From Octopus sinensis (lineage: Eukaryota): DNA of 64,000 bases. Both the position numbers and the translations under genes were made by a program. The DNA lies in contig NC_043009.1 of the NCBI RefSeq assembly GCF_006345805.1, positions 33,666,001 through 33,730,000 of the forward strand. The letters run 5' to 3'. The notes beneath the pieces were generated by a model that searched no databases, had not been told where the DNA came from, and saw nothing but the letters and a program-made list of their open reading frames with translations. Below, piece after piece: positions 25,935-38,400 of this stretch (position 1 is the first letter of the stretch; each line of letters opens with the position of its first letter).

Positions 25935-27337
25935 TCCCCTTTATTCCTATTCTGCTTTACTGGACACCTATAACCATTCAGTGTTTTAAAAATTCTATTG
26001 TGTTTTTATAATTAAATATTAGGAATTGTATAAAAGATAATTGTTAAAATATTTTTTGTGTTGTAGGAGTATAAACAATCTATTGCTAATGTATTTTAAC
26101 AACAAAATCAAATATAGACTGCTAAGAGACATCTGGATCCTGATTAAGAACTGTAGGATCTTGCAGGCATGAAGTGGATTCGATCCACCATAGCCAACTT
26201 TAAATCAAAAATTCAACAGAACTTTTGTCATTGTGGAACAATGGTTTTTCTGTGACAGCAGTTTAACATTTGCCAGATTGCCTTTGGCTAGGCCGAAATA
26301 ATGTCTTCACCACTTGACCCTTATAACCTCTACTACTTCACCAAAAATCAGAATAGAGATAACAAGACCACCAACTAAATCTATCATTCTCAATGATATG
26401 TCTATCCTTCTGGATAGTTAGTTATAAAAGCAAGAGCACCCCAAGCAAAAATCAGTTAGTCACTTTGGTGATGACTCAACGAGTTCAGTCACATGGTGAT
26501 AACCCAACCAATTCAGTCACTTTGGTGACAACTCATTGAGAATGAAGTCTGACTAGCCAGCTAGAACCTTGGTCAGAGGGAGAAATGAAGTTTACTGTCA
26601 GCAACTTTTACAAGTGATTTGTTTATATTTAGAATGACATTGTAGAGTATGTGCAAGGGACTACATTTGGCCGGTTTAGACATAAAACAGAATATTTGGG
26701 CCAAATAGGGCCAGTTTTAATGCTAGAACGTTAATCCAGATTGGTCATACACTCATCATCTTTTTGTGATAATCCCGTCATTTCTTCCAACCATAGAATA
26801 TCTCATACTCAATAATGCAACATCCTCTTGCTTCTTTAGGATGTATCATATGTGATACGAGGGAGAATAGGCTGTTATATCCTACTGGCCAAGATGTCAT
26901 GTAAAGGCTGCACTATTTGTGCAGGTTCCTGCATGGTGAGCAGGTTTGGTTCTTTGTGGGAGCTGCAGACCTGGATCAAGCAGACAGGGAAGTGCTACTT
27001 CTAATAAAGTTGGTGAAATGGAGGGCAAAGTTGGGGGCAGGGGGACAGCCTGAGTGAATGGGCAATTGTACACTTGTTGACCAGAAAATCAAAACTGGAA
27101 GTAGCTAGCTATCCTTCCTTATCAAGGTAATTCTGAGCCTGTGGGGTTATTTGATTGACCCCTTAGTAACATTCCCTCCTATTCTAAAGACATTCTAAAG
27201 AATTTTGTTTAATGTGTATATTTTAAAATTTTTCTTTCAGTTTCAGTGCAAACCTTCACAGTTCTTGTCTTTGTAATGTCTTCTCATCCATTGTCCTTGT
27301 GGCAAATCATTGTTTTATTTCTTTTTGTTTCTTGCAG

Positions 27338-27568
27338 GGTGGAATTTTCATATACTGGGAACATATTGAATCAACCAACTCTGCAGTTAAGTTTTTACAA
27401 GCTTTGCTGCATGGGACATGGAAGTTTCTGTTTGGCAACTGCCACCTGACTCGACGACCCTGGGAAACTATGGAATCAACTGGTTTTTCTACACTAAAAT
27501 ACACTAAGATCTGTGTTGATACCATGCCAATGATAAACACAACACTGGTGGGCAGTGCCACAAAATAA
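27338..27568 (+). CDS. METTL7: METTL7 terminal coding exon
   Basis: Acceptor tttgtttcttgcag|GGT, phase 0. GGIFIYWEHI...WKFLFGNCHLTRRPW...LVGSATK* parallels METTL7A exon 2 (GGAFYFMEHV...WHLLFDGCNLTRESW...YGYAVK*). Confidence 0.9.
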   Translation, partial: GGIFIYWEHIESTNSAVKFLQALLHGTWKFLFGNCHLTRRPWETMESTGFSTLKYTKICVDTMPMINTTLVGSATK

Positions 27569-28299
27569 TGGTTTCCAATCTGTAATAGATTGTCCTCTTT
27601 TTCTCTATTCTTCCAATCTTCTTTCCATCTTTTATCCGTTTTTATCTCTCCTCCTCCTCCCATTCTGTCACTGTCTCCCCTCTTCCTGTCTGTCTTTATT
27701 GATTCCTCCTCCTCCTCCCTTTTTGTCATTATCTCCCTTCTCTGCCTGTACTTCACCTCTACTTTTTTTTCAACTTTTACACATCCACAATCTCATTCAA
27801 AGCAAATTCTAATATGAAAAGGAAGAGAATAATTAATAATCTCTTATTATAAAAGGCAGATTTTATCTGCCTCCCTTTGTCAGTTATAGAAATCTACAAT
27901 ATAGGATTTCTTCAATTACAATTTACTTAGCATTTTTAAGAGTAGAATGCATTGGGTTTTGCCAGGTCCACTTTTTAAAATTTAAACTCCAATTAAGCAA
28001 AATTTACAGAAAACTCACATTCTGGTGTGTATGTCAAATGCTTTTCTTAATGTGTTTTACACCACACGCACACGCACACACACAGTGTGCAACGAATAAA
28101 ATGAAAGTAATTCACCTTTTGTAGTGAGTGACTCTTTCAGTCTGCCACTTCCTCTTTACACACATAGACACGCAAATATATAAATAAAATTGTAAGCTAA
28201 CGTGCGTGTGTGTGAGTGTATGTGTGCGTGTGTGTGTGTGTGACGGTGCGTGTGTGTATGTGTGCGTGCGTGTGCGTGAGTGTGTGACTGGAAAGTATT

Positions 28300-29229
28300 T
28301 TAGGACGAATATAAGACCTATATCGGCGATGTTTCGCTTGTCGTAGCACAGGTTTCCGTCGATTTCCGTAAAAAACTTTTATTTTTTTACATAAGTAATG
28401 AGAGCGAAAGAGACTAAGAGAAAGCGATTGTATGACGAGGGAAGTTCTTTTGAAGTTACCATGCATGGGACGCATTGATGTACATGTGTGTGTGTGTGTG
28501 TGTTTGATGGAGTGTGGGAGACAGACAGTATGTTGTGTAAGTGAAGTGCTTCTGTTAGTGTGTGTGAAGAGACAGAGAGAGTAATGTGTGAAAGAGAGAG
28601 ATAACTGAAATTTTTTACTCGGTTTATGTGTATATGTATGTATGCATGTATGTGTGTGTGTGTGTGTATGTATGGCTGATTCAGTGTTTACATTTTTACG
28701 GAAATCGACGGAAACGTGTGCTACGACAAGCGAAACATCGCCCCTATATCCAAGTAGTAGAAAGATCGCCCAAAAGCGTATATAGATATTTAAATGTATT
28801 TGTATATTCATCTATACACAGATGTATGTATAATGTGTGTGTATATATTTCCATACACGTAACCATTCACTCCGCACAAAGTTTTTTAGGACGAAAATAA
28901 GATCTAAAGTTATCTCTAAGTAGCACAGAGATCGCCCAAAAGTGTATATAGATATATAAATGTATTTATATATTCATCTATGCACACATGTATGTATAAT
29001 GTGTGTGTATATATTTCCATAGAGGTAACCATTCACTCCATACAAAGTTTTTTAGCACGAAAATAAGATCTAAAGTTATCTCTAAGAAACAGAAAGATCG
29101 CTCAAAAGTGTATATAGATATTTAAATGTATTTATATATTCATCTATACACACATGTATGTATAATGTGCGTGTATATATTTCCATAGAGGTAACCATTC
29201 AATCCATACAAAGTTTTTTAGGACGAAAA
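28300..29229. repeat. ~55-bp inverted repeat pair (about 28320-28376 and 28693-28748) followed by a 166-bp tandem repeat x3
   Basis: Repeat units start at 28764, 28930 and 29096; the third is cut by the Helitron. Confidence 0.8.
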
Positions 29230-30076
29230 TATTTATATATAAAAGAAAGGTTGTGTGTCTGTCTACTCCAATTTAGATTCCTAACTACTCCCACATTTTG
29301 CGATGCAGTTTAACCAAAACCGGGTATCTTATAGTCGTGATTCATATCGAGCCCTTCTGGGTATTAGCGCACGTCTACGATGAGTCTATGATTTTACAAA
29401 TAATTTACCATCATTTTTTTCCATTTTAATGCATATTTTTTAAAATAAACGGAAGTAACTCTCAAACTTCACACCAATATGCGTGCTCATATGCGACGTA
29501 ATATCACATCAGCAGCATTTCCTCACACCCTCCTTGCACTTGGTGAAGGCAAAATACCAGGGGATGAAAATGGTAATATTGCCATCGATTCCATTTGTAC
29601 CATTGTTAAGACGCCTTCTGATCTCAGAGATGCAGTGTTCCCAGATCTACAAGCTAATTATCAGAATATGGATTGGATTGGCAAAAAGGCTATACTGGCC
29701 CCGAGGAATAAAACTGTTCACCATATTAATGATGAAATGCTAAAACTCATTCCTGGGGAAGTCTATGTATATCAGTCTATCGATACAACTCCTGACCCAG
29801 AGGACGTCATCAACTATCCAATAGAGGTACTCAATTCCTTTGAGCACCCCGGACTACCACCACACTTTCTCAAACTTAAAGTTGGTGCCCCTATAATGCT
29901 CATCAGAAATTTGGTTCCCCCAAAACAATGCAATGGCACACGTTTGATCGTTAAGTCCTTATCTCCCACCGTAAGCTTATATCAATATTTGCCTGAATAA
30001 TCATCATAATTCAGTGCAATCATTAACAGTACTTTCAAGCAATTCAGCCCCGAGCAACGCCGGGCAATTCTGCTAG
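29230..30076 (+). mobile_element. Helitron deletion derivative carrying a PIF1-type helicase fragment (ORF 29479-30000)
   Basis: The first ~230 bp match the array at 9-1097. The ORF has AILAPRN...LNSFEHPGLPPHFLKLKVGAPIMLIRNL...CNGTRL. 3' hairpin CCCGAGCAACGCCGGG and CTAG|T at 30073-30077. Confidence 0.93.
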
Positions 30077-30189
30077 TTTAAGTATATAAGTGCGTGCGTG
30101 TGTGTGTAACAATAATGAACTTATGGTATACTGTGCTCAGGTGCACTACAGGAGAGAGGGAGATATGTCTATATATAAATGTGTATGTA

Positions 30190-30236
<47 letters not shown>

Positions 30237-30290
30237 CATGGTGGCCTAAATGTATACATGTGTGTACATATACACATGTGTGTGTGTGTG

Positions 30291-30338
<48 letters not shown>

Positions 30339-30471
30339 GTCTTCTACTATGTTGTAGGGCTGACTGCAGCCCTGTGAGTAGATCAGGTACATGGAAACTG
30401 AAAAACATCCATATATATGTATGCTTCTATCTATCTATCTATCTATCTATCAATATGTATGTATGTATGTA

Positions 30472-30635
30472 TAAAGATTAAAGTAAAAGTTAAAAAGCAA
30501 ACCATTGGACATCACTTTAAAAAACACATTTAATTTAGACAGACACTCTGTATATCATTTATCTTCTCTCTAAATTAAATGTATTTTTCAAGTGATGCCA
30601 AACGATTTGCCTTTTCATTTTTACTTCAATCTTTA
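30472..30635. repeat. Imperfect fold-back palindrome with ~70-bp arms (MITE-like)
   Basis: TAAAGATTAAAGTAAAA...TTTAATTTAGA versus its complement ending ...CTTCAATCTTTA. Confidence 0.75.
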
Positions 30636-31026
30636 TCTACCTGCTCAAAGAGAAACCACCTATAGCCACTTCTGATAGGCAATCTCAACATCATATGTTC
30701 AGTTGCAGTTCAAACCAGAGTTTTAAGGGTAAACCAAACAAAGCACATATAGAACAAACTCATAGATCAGATGCATTGAGATTTTGTCAGTGACCACATG
30801 ACAATGCATCTGTTTCACAACAAATGGTAGTTTGTCTTTGTATGTTTTTCATTGGCTTCCGTGTGTTGTCCATGCTGCAACCCCTATTTATATAGGGCTA
30901 CCTGCTTCTCTTACTACTTTTACATACTCACATACACTCATACATGTATGTGTATATGTATGCGTATATTTCTATGTATGTCTATAAATATGAGTTTGTG
31001 TGTGTATATAAATGTGTATGTATGTT

Positions 31027-31059
<33 letters not shown>

Positions 31060-31879
31060 ATTTATATATGCATGTGTCCCCGGATGTGTGGAAAGCAGAC
31101 CTTAAATGATGATGGTGAGCCAACAAAGAAAGGGGTGCAGCAGCTACATTTGTCTGTGGTGCAAGGAGCTTAAATATGGTCGAAGGAACTAGGACTGGGC
31201 CTGTGAATCTGAAGGTTCTCTCACTGAAAAGAAAAATACTAATCACAGCCCTTTCTGGGAGAACATTCACCCTCTGAGATTCAAAATTTGTTTTGTGCTA
31301 TCTTGCAATTTCACCCCACCCCACCCCCAGGACTTTCTTTGTGTGTGTGTGTGTGTGTGTGTGCTGGCAGTATCACAACCACCAAAAATGTGAGATAATC
31401 ACAGCAAGAATGATCTTTTGAGGATAGTTCTGCTGAATGTGGTGGGGAGTGACCAAGGGTTAAATAACGACCTTCTCACTTCACCCCTCCAACTTGTATT
31501 TTGCATTTTTCTTGTGTTTCTTTCTCTTCTCCTTTTGTCTCCTTCCATCATTTTATCTCCTTCAATCTAGCCCACCCCACCAACTTTGATTTTTCTCTCC
31601 TTTTTACTCTTTTTTTAAAATATTAATTGAGGTTACTATTTTAAGGCACCTATTTACCATTTTTAGAAGAACAATGAGTTTGTTGCAGGTTTCTCCAATT
31701 CTGACATAACAGAGAGTATTCTCTGCAAACAAAACATTTTTTCTTGATTTTTTATATTTCTTTTTTTCTCTTTTTGAACCCTTTTAGATAATAATCAATA
31801 AATGGTATGACCTCTTCCACATGTGTTTCTTGTTTTTTCATAATTCTTCATATCCAATATCACAAAACAAATGCGACAC

Positions 31880-32580
31880 CATCCAGTGCAGCAGGATCTC
31901 AGACAAGGAGGGCTAACTTGATCAGTGTCATCTGGTTTGTTTCCATTCAGTCTCACAACCCCATGGTGGGACCTGGTTCAATGCAGTGTCATTACTCTTA
32001 CCTGGCATTCAACTTGGTAGCAACTATTTGCACATTAGCATTTCCCTGAGGCTGGGTTTCCAGATCTATGAGCCTCACAAATGCCACTGCAGATTCACTG
32101 TGCATTCTTTCAGCCTCCACCCATTGTCATGCTGGCTGCCTTCCACACCAAGCTACTCTCAACAAGATCATACATGAAAGGCAGCCTAGAGGTCGCAGGC
32201 TTCCCTTCCCATCTCAAGCCAGTAGGCCTAGACTGAGGGGATGGTAAAAGGCATGACAGTTTCATGTTCTGCGGTGGTAGACTCTTTATCTGGGGTGCCA
32301 TGTGCTTCAACATCTTCAACGGCAACTTGGTGTGTTAAGCTTCCAGCCAGGCCCCACTTCTCATCAAATCAAGAAGGGCCAACTGTCAAAGTATCGACCA
32401 CTCTCTGACAGATTTGTGGTCAAACCTATGGCAGTGGAAACCACCATCCCTACTCACTGCTATCAGAGCAGAGATGGCTATCTGCTAGTATTAGTTAGAG
32501 TGGCTATTCTAGAGCATCTCCCACACTATCCTTCAGGCAATGCCTTTCCATTTTGTCTACTGGGACCAAGTGGCAAACTA
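31880..32580 (+). mobile_element. Decayed CRE-clade non-LTR retrotransposon C-terminus (Cys/His knuckle and restriction-like endonuclease)
   Basis: PHGGTWFNAV...HISISLRLGFQIYEPHKCHC...HPLSC; GLD*GDGKRHD (consensus GDGKRPDG); KYRPLSDRFVVKPMAVET; SGNAF. Confidence 0.8.
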
Positions 32581-33534
32581 ACATGCTGTGAGGAAGAGGA
32601 AAGATATTGTACTGGGGTGAGGTAAAGAGAATAGCTCTCTTGTACATCAAACAGCTGATACAATGAAAGAGAGATTGAATGGAAGATATAAATGCCAGAG
32701 GGAAAAGAGACACAACCGCACAGAATGATTAAGAGAAGATTTATTGATATAATGCGTGCCATATATACAGAATAGTAGACAGGCTGTCATGAGAACAAAT
32801 GTATGTGTGCGTGTGTTAAGTACATATAAGAATGGCAATGAAGAAGAAGACAGTGAAAGAGTCTATAACCATTGAAATGAGAAGTTAATATACACGAGAA
32901 AGATAAGAATACCAATTCATAGTCAATTGTACACAGTAGTTGAAATACTGTATCAAGAAGTCACAGCTATGATGCTGAGCCGGTTACTGGTACAGGTCGT
33001 ATGTGAAGTCGTGGCTGTGATGCTGCTGCCTGGGTCACTTGATACAGGAGTTCATGCAGGTTGTATATTTGCTGTTGGTCCATGGTGAAGTAATTTACAA
33101 ACAGTGGAGTGATGGAACCTGGGTGAATTGCTTGCTGAGCTGTGTATGTAGAGAGATGATGGTGACGACAAAGTTGATAAGTCTCAACGTAGCTGTTGTG
33201 GAGTGATGTTGTCTGGAGCTGGTGCTGAAACTGGCTGTGTCTTGTGTGGTCAGTTGCAAGACCTTAAAAGGTCTGGAACCAAAAAACTTCAAAACGAGGT
33301 AAAGGTGAATTTTTATAAGGAGCAGTAGGCTCAAATGGGGTTGAGAACAGGTTGTTCCATGTGATTTTAATTATATGTGACAGTTGACACAATTGAGTAA
33401 GAGACAAATTGCCCTAATGCCAACCATTCAGAGTAGTGGACACAACAGGATCCAAATAGTGGCCAAAGGCTAGCAGTTCCCTGGTACGTTCAAAAGCACA
33501 TAATAATATAAAAGCACATATATATATATATATA

Positions 33535-35360
33535 TCAAAATCAAAACAAATCAAAATAGATGAACATCAATGGAATCTGTATCTTTGTGGTACCAGTGCC
33601 GGTGGCACACAAGAGAACCATCCGAACGTGGCCGTAGCCAGTTCCGCATCGACCGGCCTCCGTGCTGTGGGCATGTAACAAACACCATCCGATCATGGCC
33701 GTTCGCCAGCCTCATCAGGCACCTGTGTCTTTGGCACATAAAAACACCTTCCGAAGACCCGGCAAGACTAGTCAGTCCACCTGTGCATACCTTCCTTCTT
33801 GTGACACTTGTGAAGACCTGTTGAGGCAAGTGAAAATCAAATCAAATCAAATCAAAATAGATGAACATCAATGGAATTTGTATCTTTGTGGTACCAGTGC
33901 CTGTGGCACACAAGAAATCCATCCGAACGTGGCCGTAGTCAGTACCGCATCGACTGGCCATCGTGCTGTGGGCACATAACAAACACCATCCGATCGTGGC
34001 CGTTCGCCAGCCTCATCTAGCACCTGTGTCGGTGGCACATAAAAACACCATCCGAAGACCCGGCAAGACTAGTCAGGCCATATCCCATGGCCCCTACCTG
34101 GGACGTAGTCAGTCCACCTGTGCATACCTTCCTCCTTGTGATACTTGTGAAGGCCTGTTGAGGCAAGTGAAAATCAAAATGAAATCAAAACAAATCAAAA
34201 TAGATGAACATTAATGGAATTGTATCTTTGTGGTACCAGTGCCGGTGGCACACAAGAAAACCATCCGAATGTGGCCGTAGCCAGTACCGCACCAACTGGC
34301 CTCCGTGCTGTGGGCACGTAACAAACACCATCCGATCGTGGCCGTTCGCCAGCCTCATCTGGCACCTGTGTCGGTGGCACATAAAAACACCATCCGAAGA
34401 CCCGGCAAGACTAGTCAGGCCATATCCCATGGCCCCTACCTGGGACGTAGTCAGTCCACCTGTGCATACCTTCCTCCTTGTGATACTTGTGAAGGCCTGT
34501 TGAGGCAAGTGAAAATCAAAATGAAATCAAAACAAATCAAAATAGATGAACATTAATGGAATTGTATCTTTGTGGTACCAGTGCCGGTGGCACACAAGAA
34601 AACCATCCGAATGTGGCCGTAGCCAGTACCGCACCGACTGGCCTCCGTGCTGTGAGCACGTAACAAACACCATCCGATCGTGGCCGTTCGCCAGCCTCAT
34701 CTGGCACCTGTGTCGGTGGCACATAAAAACACCATCCGAAGACCCGGCAAGACTAGTCAGGCCATAACCTGTGGCCCCTACCTGGGACGTAGTCAGTCCA
34801 CCTGTGCATACCTTCCTTCTTGTGACACTTGTGAAGACCTGTTGAGGCAAGTGAAAATCAAAACAAATCAAAATAGATGAACATCAATGGAATTTGTATC
34901 TTTGTGGTACCAGTGCCGGTGGCACGTGGCACACAAGAAAACCATCCGAACGTGGCCGTAGCCAGTACCGCATCAACTGGCCTCCGTGCTGTGGGCACGT
35001 AACAAACACCATCCAATCGTGGCCGTTTGCCAGCCTCATCTGGCACCTGTGTCGGTGGCACATAAAAACACCATCCGAGCGTGGCCGTCTGCCAGCCTCG
35101 TCTGGCACCTGTGTCGGTGGCACATAAAAAAACACCATCCGAGCGTGGCCGTTTGCCAGCCTCGTCTGGCACCTGTGTCGGTGGCACATAAAATCACCCA
35201 CTACACTCTCGGAGTGGTTGGCGTTAGGAAGGGCATCCAGCTGTAGAAACACTGCCAGATCTGACTGGACTGGTGCAGCTTTCGGGCTCCCCAGACCCCA
35301 GTTGAACCGTCCAACCCATGCTAGCATGGAAAGCGGACGTTAAATGATGATGATGATGAT
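33535..35360 (+). repeat. Tandem array of ~340-bp units derived from the RTE 3' UTR, ending in a normal RTE 3' end with (GAT)n
   Basis: The marker GTGAAG(A/G)CCTGTTGAGGCAAG recurs at 33810, 34147, 34489 and 34831. Confidence 0.9.
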
Positions 35361-36575
35361 AGATATATATATATACATATATATTAGAGGTATTTCAGCC
35401 AAATCTATGCTATAATATGATGATTGAAACAGGGCCATTCATTAAATTTAGAAAAAATTTCATGAAGCATGCAAAAAATAAACAGAATGAACATTTTTCA
35501 TGGATGAGGAATGAGTTATTTCATGAAGCATGAAGCATGCAAAAAATAAACAGAATGAACGTTTTTCATGGATGAGGAATGAGTTATTTCAAAAGCATCA
35601 ATAATGAGGTCATAAAAAAATACAATCAAATAGAGCATCGAGGAAAGCCTTGAGAAACGTAAAGAAATCCTGTTACAAAACACTCCCTTAAACTGAAAGA
35701 TAGCAAAGGAGATAATCAGAACAATACTATGTATGTTATTGCGTTGCTGAAACCATATCTGTTGGATTTTCTTTTTTTACAGTAAACAAGTTGTCATTGG
35801 GCTTGAAACTTGGAACATATTCAAAGAAAATTAATCTTGTGCTAGAAATGATGGAATTCAAAAGAACTGCGTAAAAAAGCATAAACATCACATGTATCAT
35901 TTTATCATTGCTCAAACATTTACGTCCAGTTAAATATTAGTATTCATTTTCTTTATCCTAACATACACTGGTTTCATATTTGAGACAGAATGTTAATTTG
36001 AACTGTTGTTTCTAGCAAAACATCCTGTCTCATCCACACTCACACATCAAATCCACTTCAAAATCAGAAACTACAAACCTTGTTCCGTTACTTTTAGCAA
36101 AATTGCTTAATTTACCATATATCTCTAAAGAGTTTTCTTTTGTCAAGTATTTCCAAACATTTTGTGTTGCTTTTTAGCTAGAAATTTACTAAATTCCTGA
36201 AGGTCCTTTCTTACAAAAAAAATAATAAATAAATAATAATAACCACAATAAGTGCAATCAGTTTTTAACGAAGAAAATTTTCTAAACTGTAACTTTTTCC
36301 ATTGGACTGCTTTTGTTTCTAATAATTTTTACAGAGAAACAAACGAGCAAGAAGATTCACATTTATTTTTACAGCAATGTATCTTTTTGGAATTTCATTT
36401 ACAATTTAATTTAATATTTTTCAATTCTGTTCATTTTAGAGTGCATAATACATATTTATTGTATTTATATGTGTATATCCTAGGATCACCACCCTCAAAC
36501 AAAATTAACTGAATAGTTTTTAAATATATATGAGAGATAGAGGGCTCTGGATATGCCCAAGCCTCTTCCTCCACA

Positions 36576-37490
36576 ATGCAGGATACTGAACAATGTCACA
36601 CCTGTGCCACACACAATATGCAGAAGGGAAGAAAATGTTCTGACTGTAACAATTTCTTCCACAATTCTTGTATCAAACTCACTCAACACACCATGGAATC
36701 CCTGCACCGGTAGCACTGCTCGTGCTGCCTAATCTCTGGTGAAGGGAAATCCCTTCCAACACTAAAAGCAGACACAGTGGTATGGCATGGTGGGGACTTG
36801 ACCCCACTCAGTCTTGATGTGAATCTCAGGCAGTCACAGAGAATCATCGCCAAAAGTTGCCTGCACTTTTGTGGCCGAAATGCTAGCATTGTCTATAGAC
36901 CAGGTAGTTGCTACCAACAGCCCACAAAGCTGGAACAAATTATTCAGTCTTGTAATGCTTGTTCTTTGGTTCCTATTAGCAGGTTGGGGTTCAATTCCCT
37001 CCACACAATATTGCATCCTTCAGCCATTCCTCACCAACTAGCCTCTTGTTTCTCAGGTTGCACACTGGCACCATCATTATGCATGTAGGCCTTGTCCAAT
37101 TGTGCAAGAAGGCCCCAAGTCTAGGTCAATCACAAACTAATTGAGAGCACACATGCTGGCCTCAAGAGACACAATGCTCCTACCCACACTGGATATTCTG
37201 GACACTGTCCATCACAAAGATCCAGACCCTTCAGCATATATCAAGGATTTCCAAATCTCTGACAGTGACGCAGCCTCATCATGTTCAGTGATGATGGGCC
37301 ATTGCGCTGCAAGCTGCAGTGGTGGAGAAAATGGCCTGCAACCTGGTTACCTCAAAGATTAATCTTACCACACTCCACCAAGGCGGGAGCATGTTTGCTC
37401 CAATCTATCATTACTCCAATGATCTTCATGGGATATTCCCCGCCATGCCCAAGATTTTCTCATATCAGCTAACCTGACTGCACTGAAGAA
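36576..37490 (+). mobile_element. Decayed CRE-clade N-terminal region: PHD finger plus pre-RT motifs
   Basis: CHTC...CSDCNNFFHNSC...R*HCSCC is a PHD with TAG at the Trp position. Later: LASRDTMLLPTLDILDTVHHKDP, SCSGGENGLQPGYLKD and DFLISANLTALK. Ends at (GT)n. Confidence 0.75.
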
Positions 37491-37609
37491 CAGAGTGTGT
37501 GTGTGTGTATGTGTGTCCTGGTGTAAATGCAGTAAACAACAGAAAAAAGCAATACAAAAGGGACAACGTTTGATAAATACAATATTAACTTAATGCTTTA
37601 TTTTGGGAT

Positions 37610-38400
37610 TTTTTTTTACATTCTTTCCAGAAGTGAAGATAAATATGGGATGGTTGATAGAGATTGTCTATCAGGTGATATTAGTGATGAAATTAAGGAA
37701 ATTAAGGAAGTTATTGGAAATGAAAGGTATGAAGTTGGGGAAGGGATAAAATGAGTTGACAAACACGAAGGAATGTAACTCTTCGTAGGAGAAACATTTT
37801 GCATCAATTGTTTTGTTGATTTGACAGCAGAATGGCTCTGGGGTAAGGGATTAGTGAACTGGGAAAAGATTTGGGTCTTGATGGAACCATTAAATAAGCT
37901 GGCATAGTTGATCCTATTCTTGTACCCATAGTCACTCTAGGAATTGTTCATAGATCTTTTCTGTAAAGGAAAATTATTGAGAGTGCAGAGAGGGTGTGGC
38001 AGACAAAGAAGGACAGAGGTGCTTGGACGAAGAGTGATGCGGAAGTGAAGGAAGTGTTTTGGCAGTGGCATGGAGGCCTTCATTGTGGAGGTTGACAATG
38101 TATTAAGAACTGATGTCCATGATCAGAATGTAGTGGGAGGGGCCAAGGGATGAGAAGCGAGTAGAAGAGGCAGAGAGCACGGCTGGATGTTGGAGGGAAA
38201 GAGAGTGTCAAGGTAGGAGAGGATGAGTTGTGTGGGGCAGTTACAAGTATAGATGATAAAGTGGCTAGTGTTTTCAGGTTTATGGATCTTAAGGATGAAG
38301 TATATGGTGGAGGTGTGAGGGAGGTAGATGGGGAGATGTGTAGTTTTTAGATGGGGGGGAGGGCAGAGGGCACAAGATGCCAGAAGAGAGAGTTCTCAGA
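37610..38400 (-). mobile_element. Decayed Penelope-like reverse transcriptase fragment
   Basis: IYFILKIHKPENTSHFIIYTCNCPTQLILSYLD, LCTLNNF and NYASLF match PLE RT motifs (YFLPKIHKP..GRPIVS.C.CPT; TLN.F; YANLF). Confidence 0.75.

Noticed and set aside
32900-33480. Gypsy integrase C-terminal remnant
   Set aside because: The resemblance is too weak to support from manual translation.
33800-33835. Hammerhead core in CTGTTGAG...GAAA of the array unit
   Set aside because: It has CUGUUGA instead of CUGANGA, and stems I and III cannot be formed.
33535-35360. CRISPR-like repeat-spacer pattern (hairpin repeats of about 50-60 bp)
   Set aside because: The spacers are homologous to each other, there are no cas genes, and the sequence is the RTE 3' UTR in a eukaryotic context.
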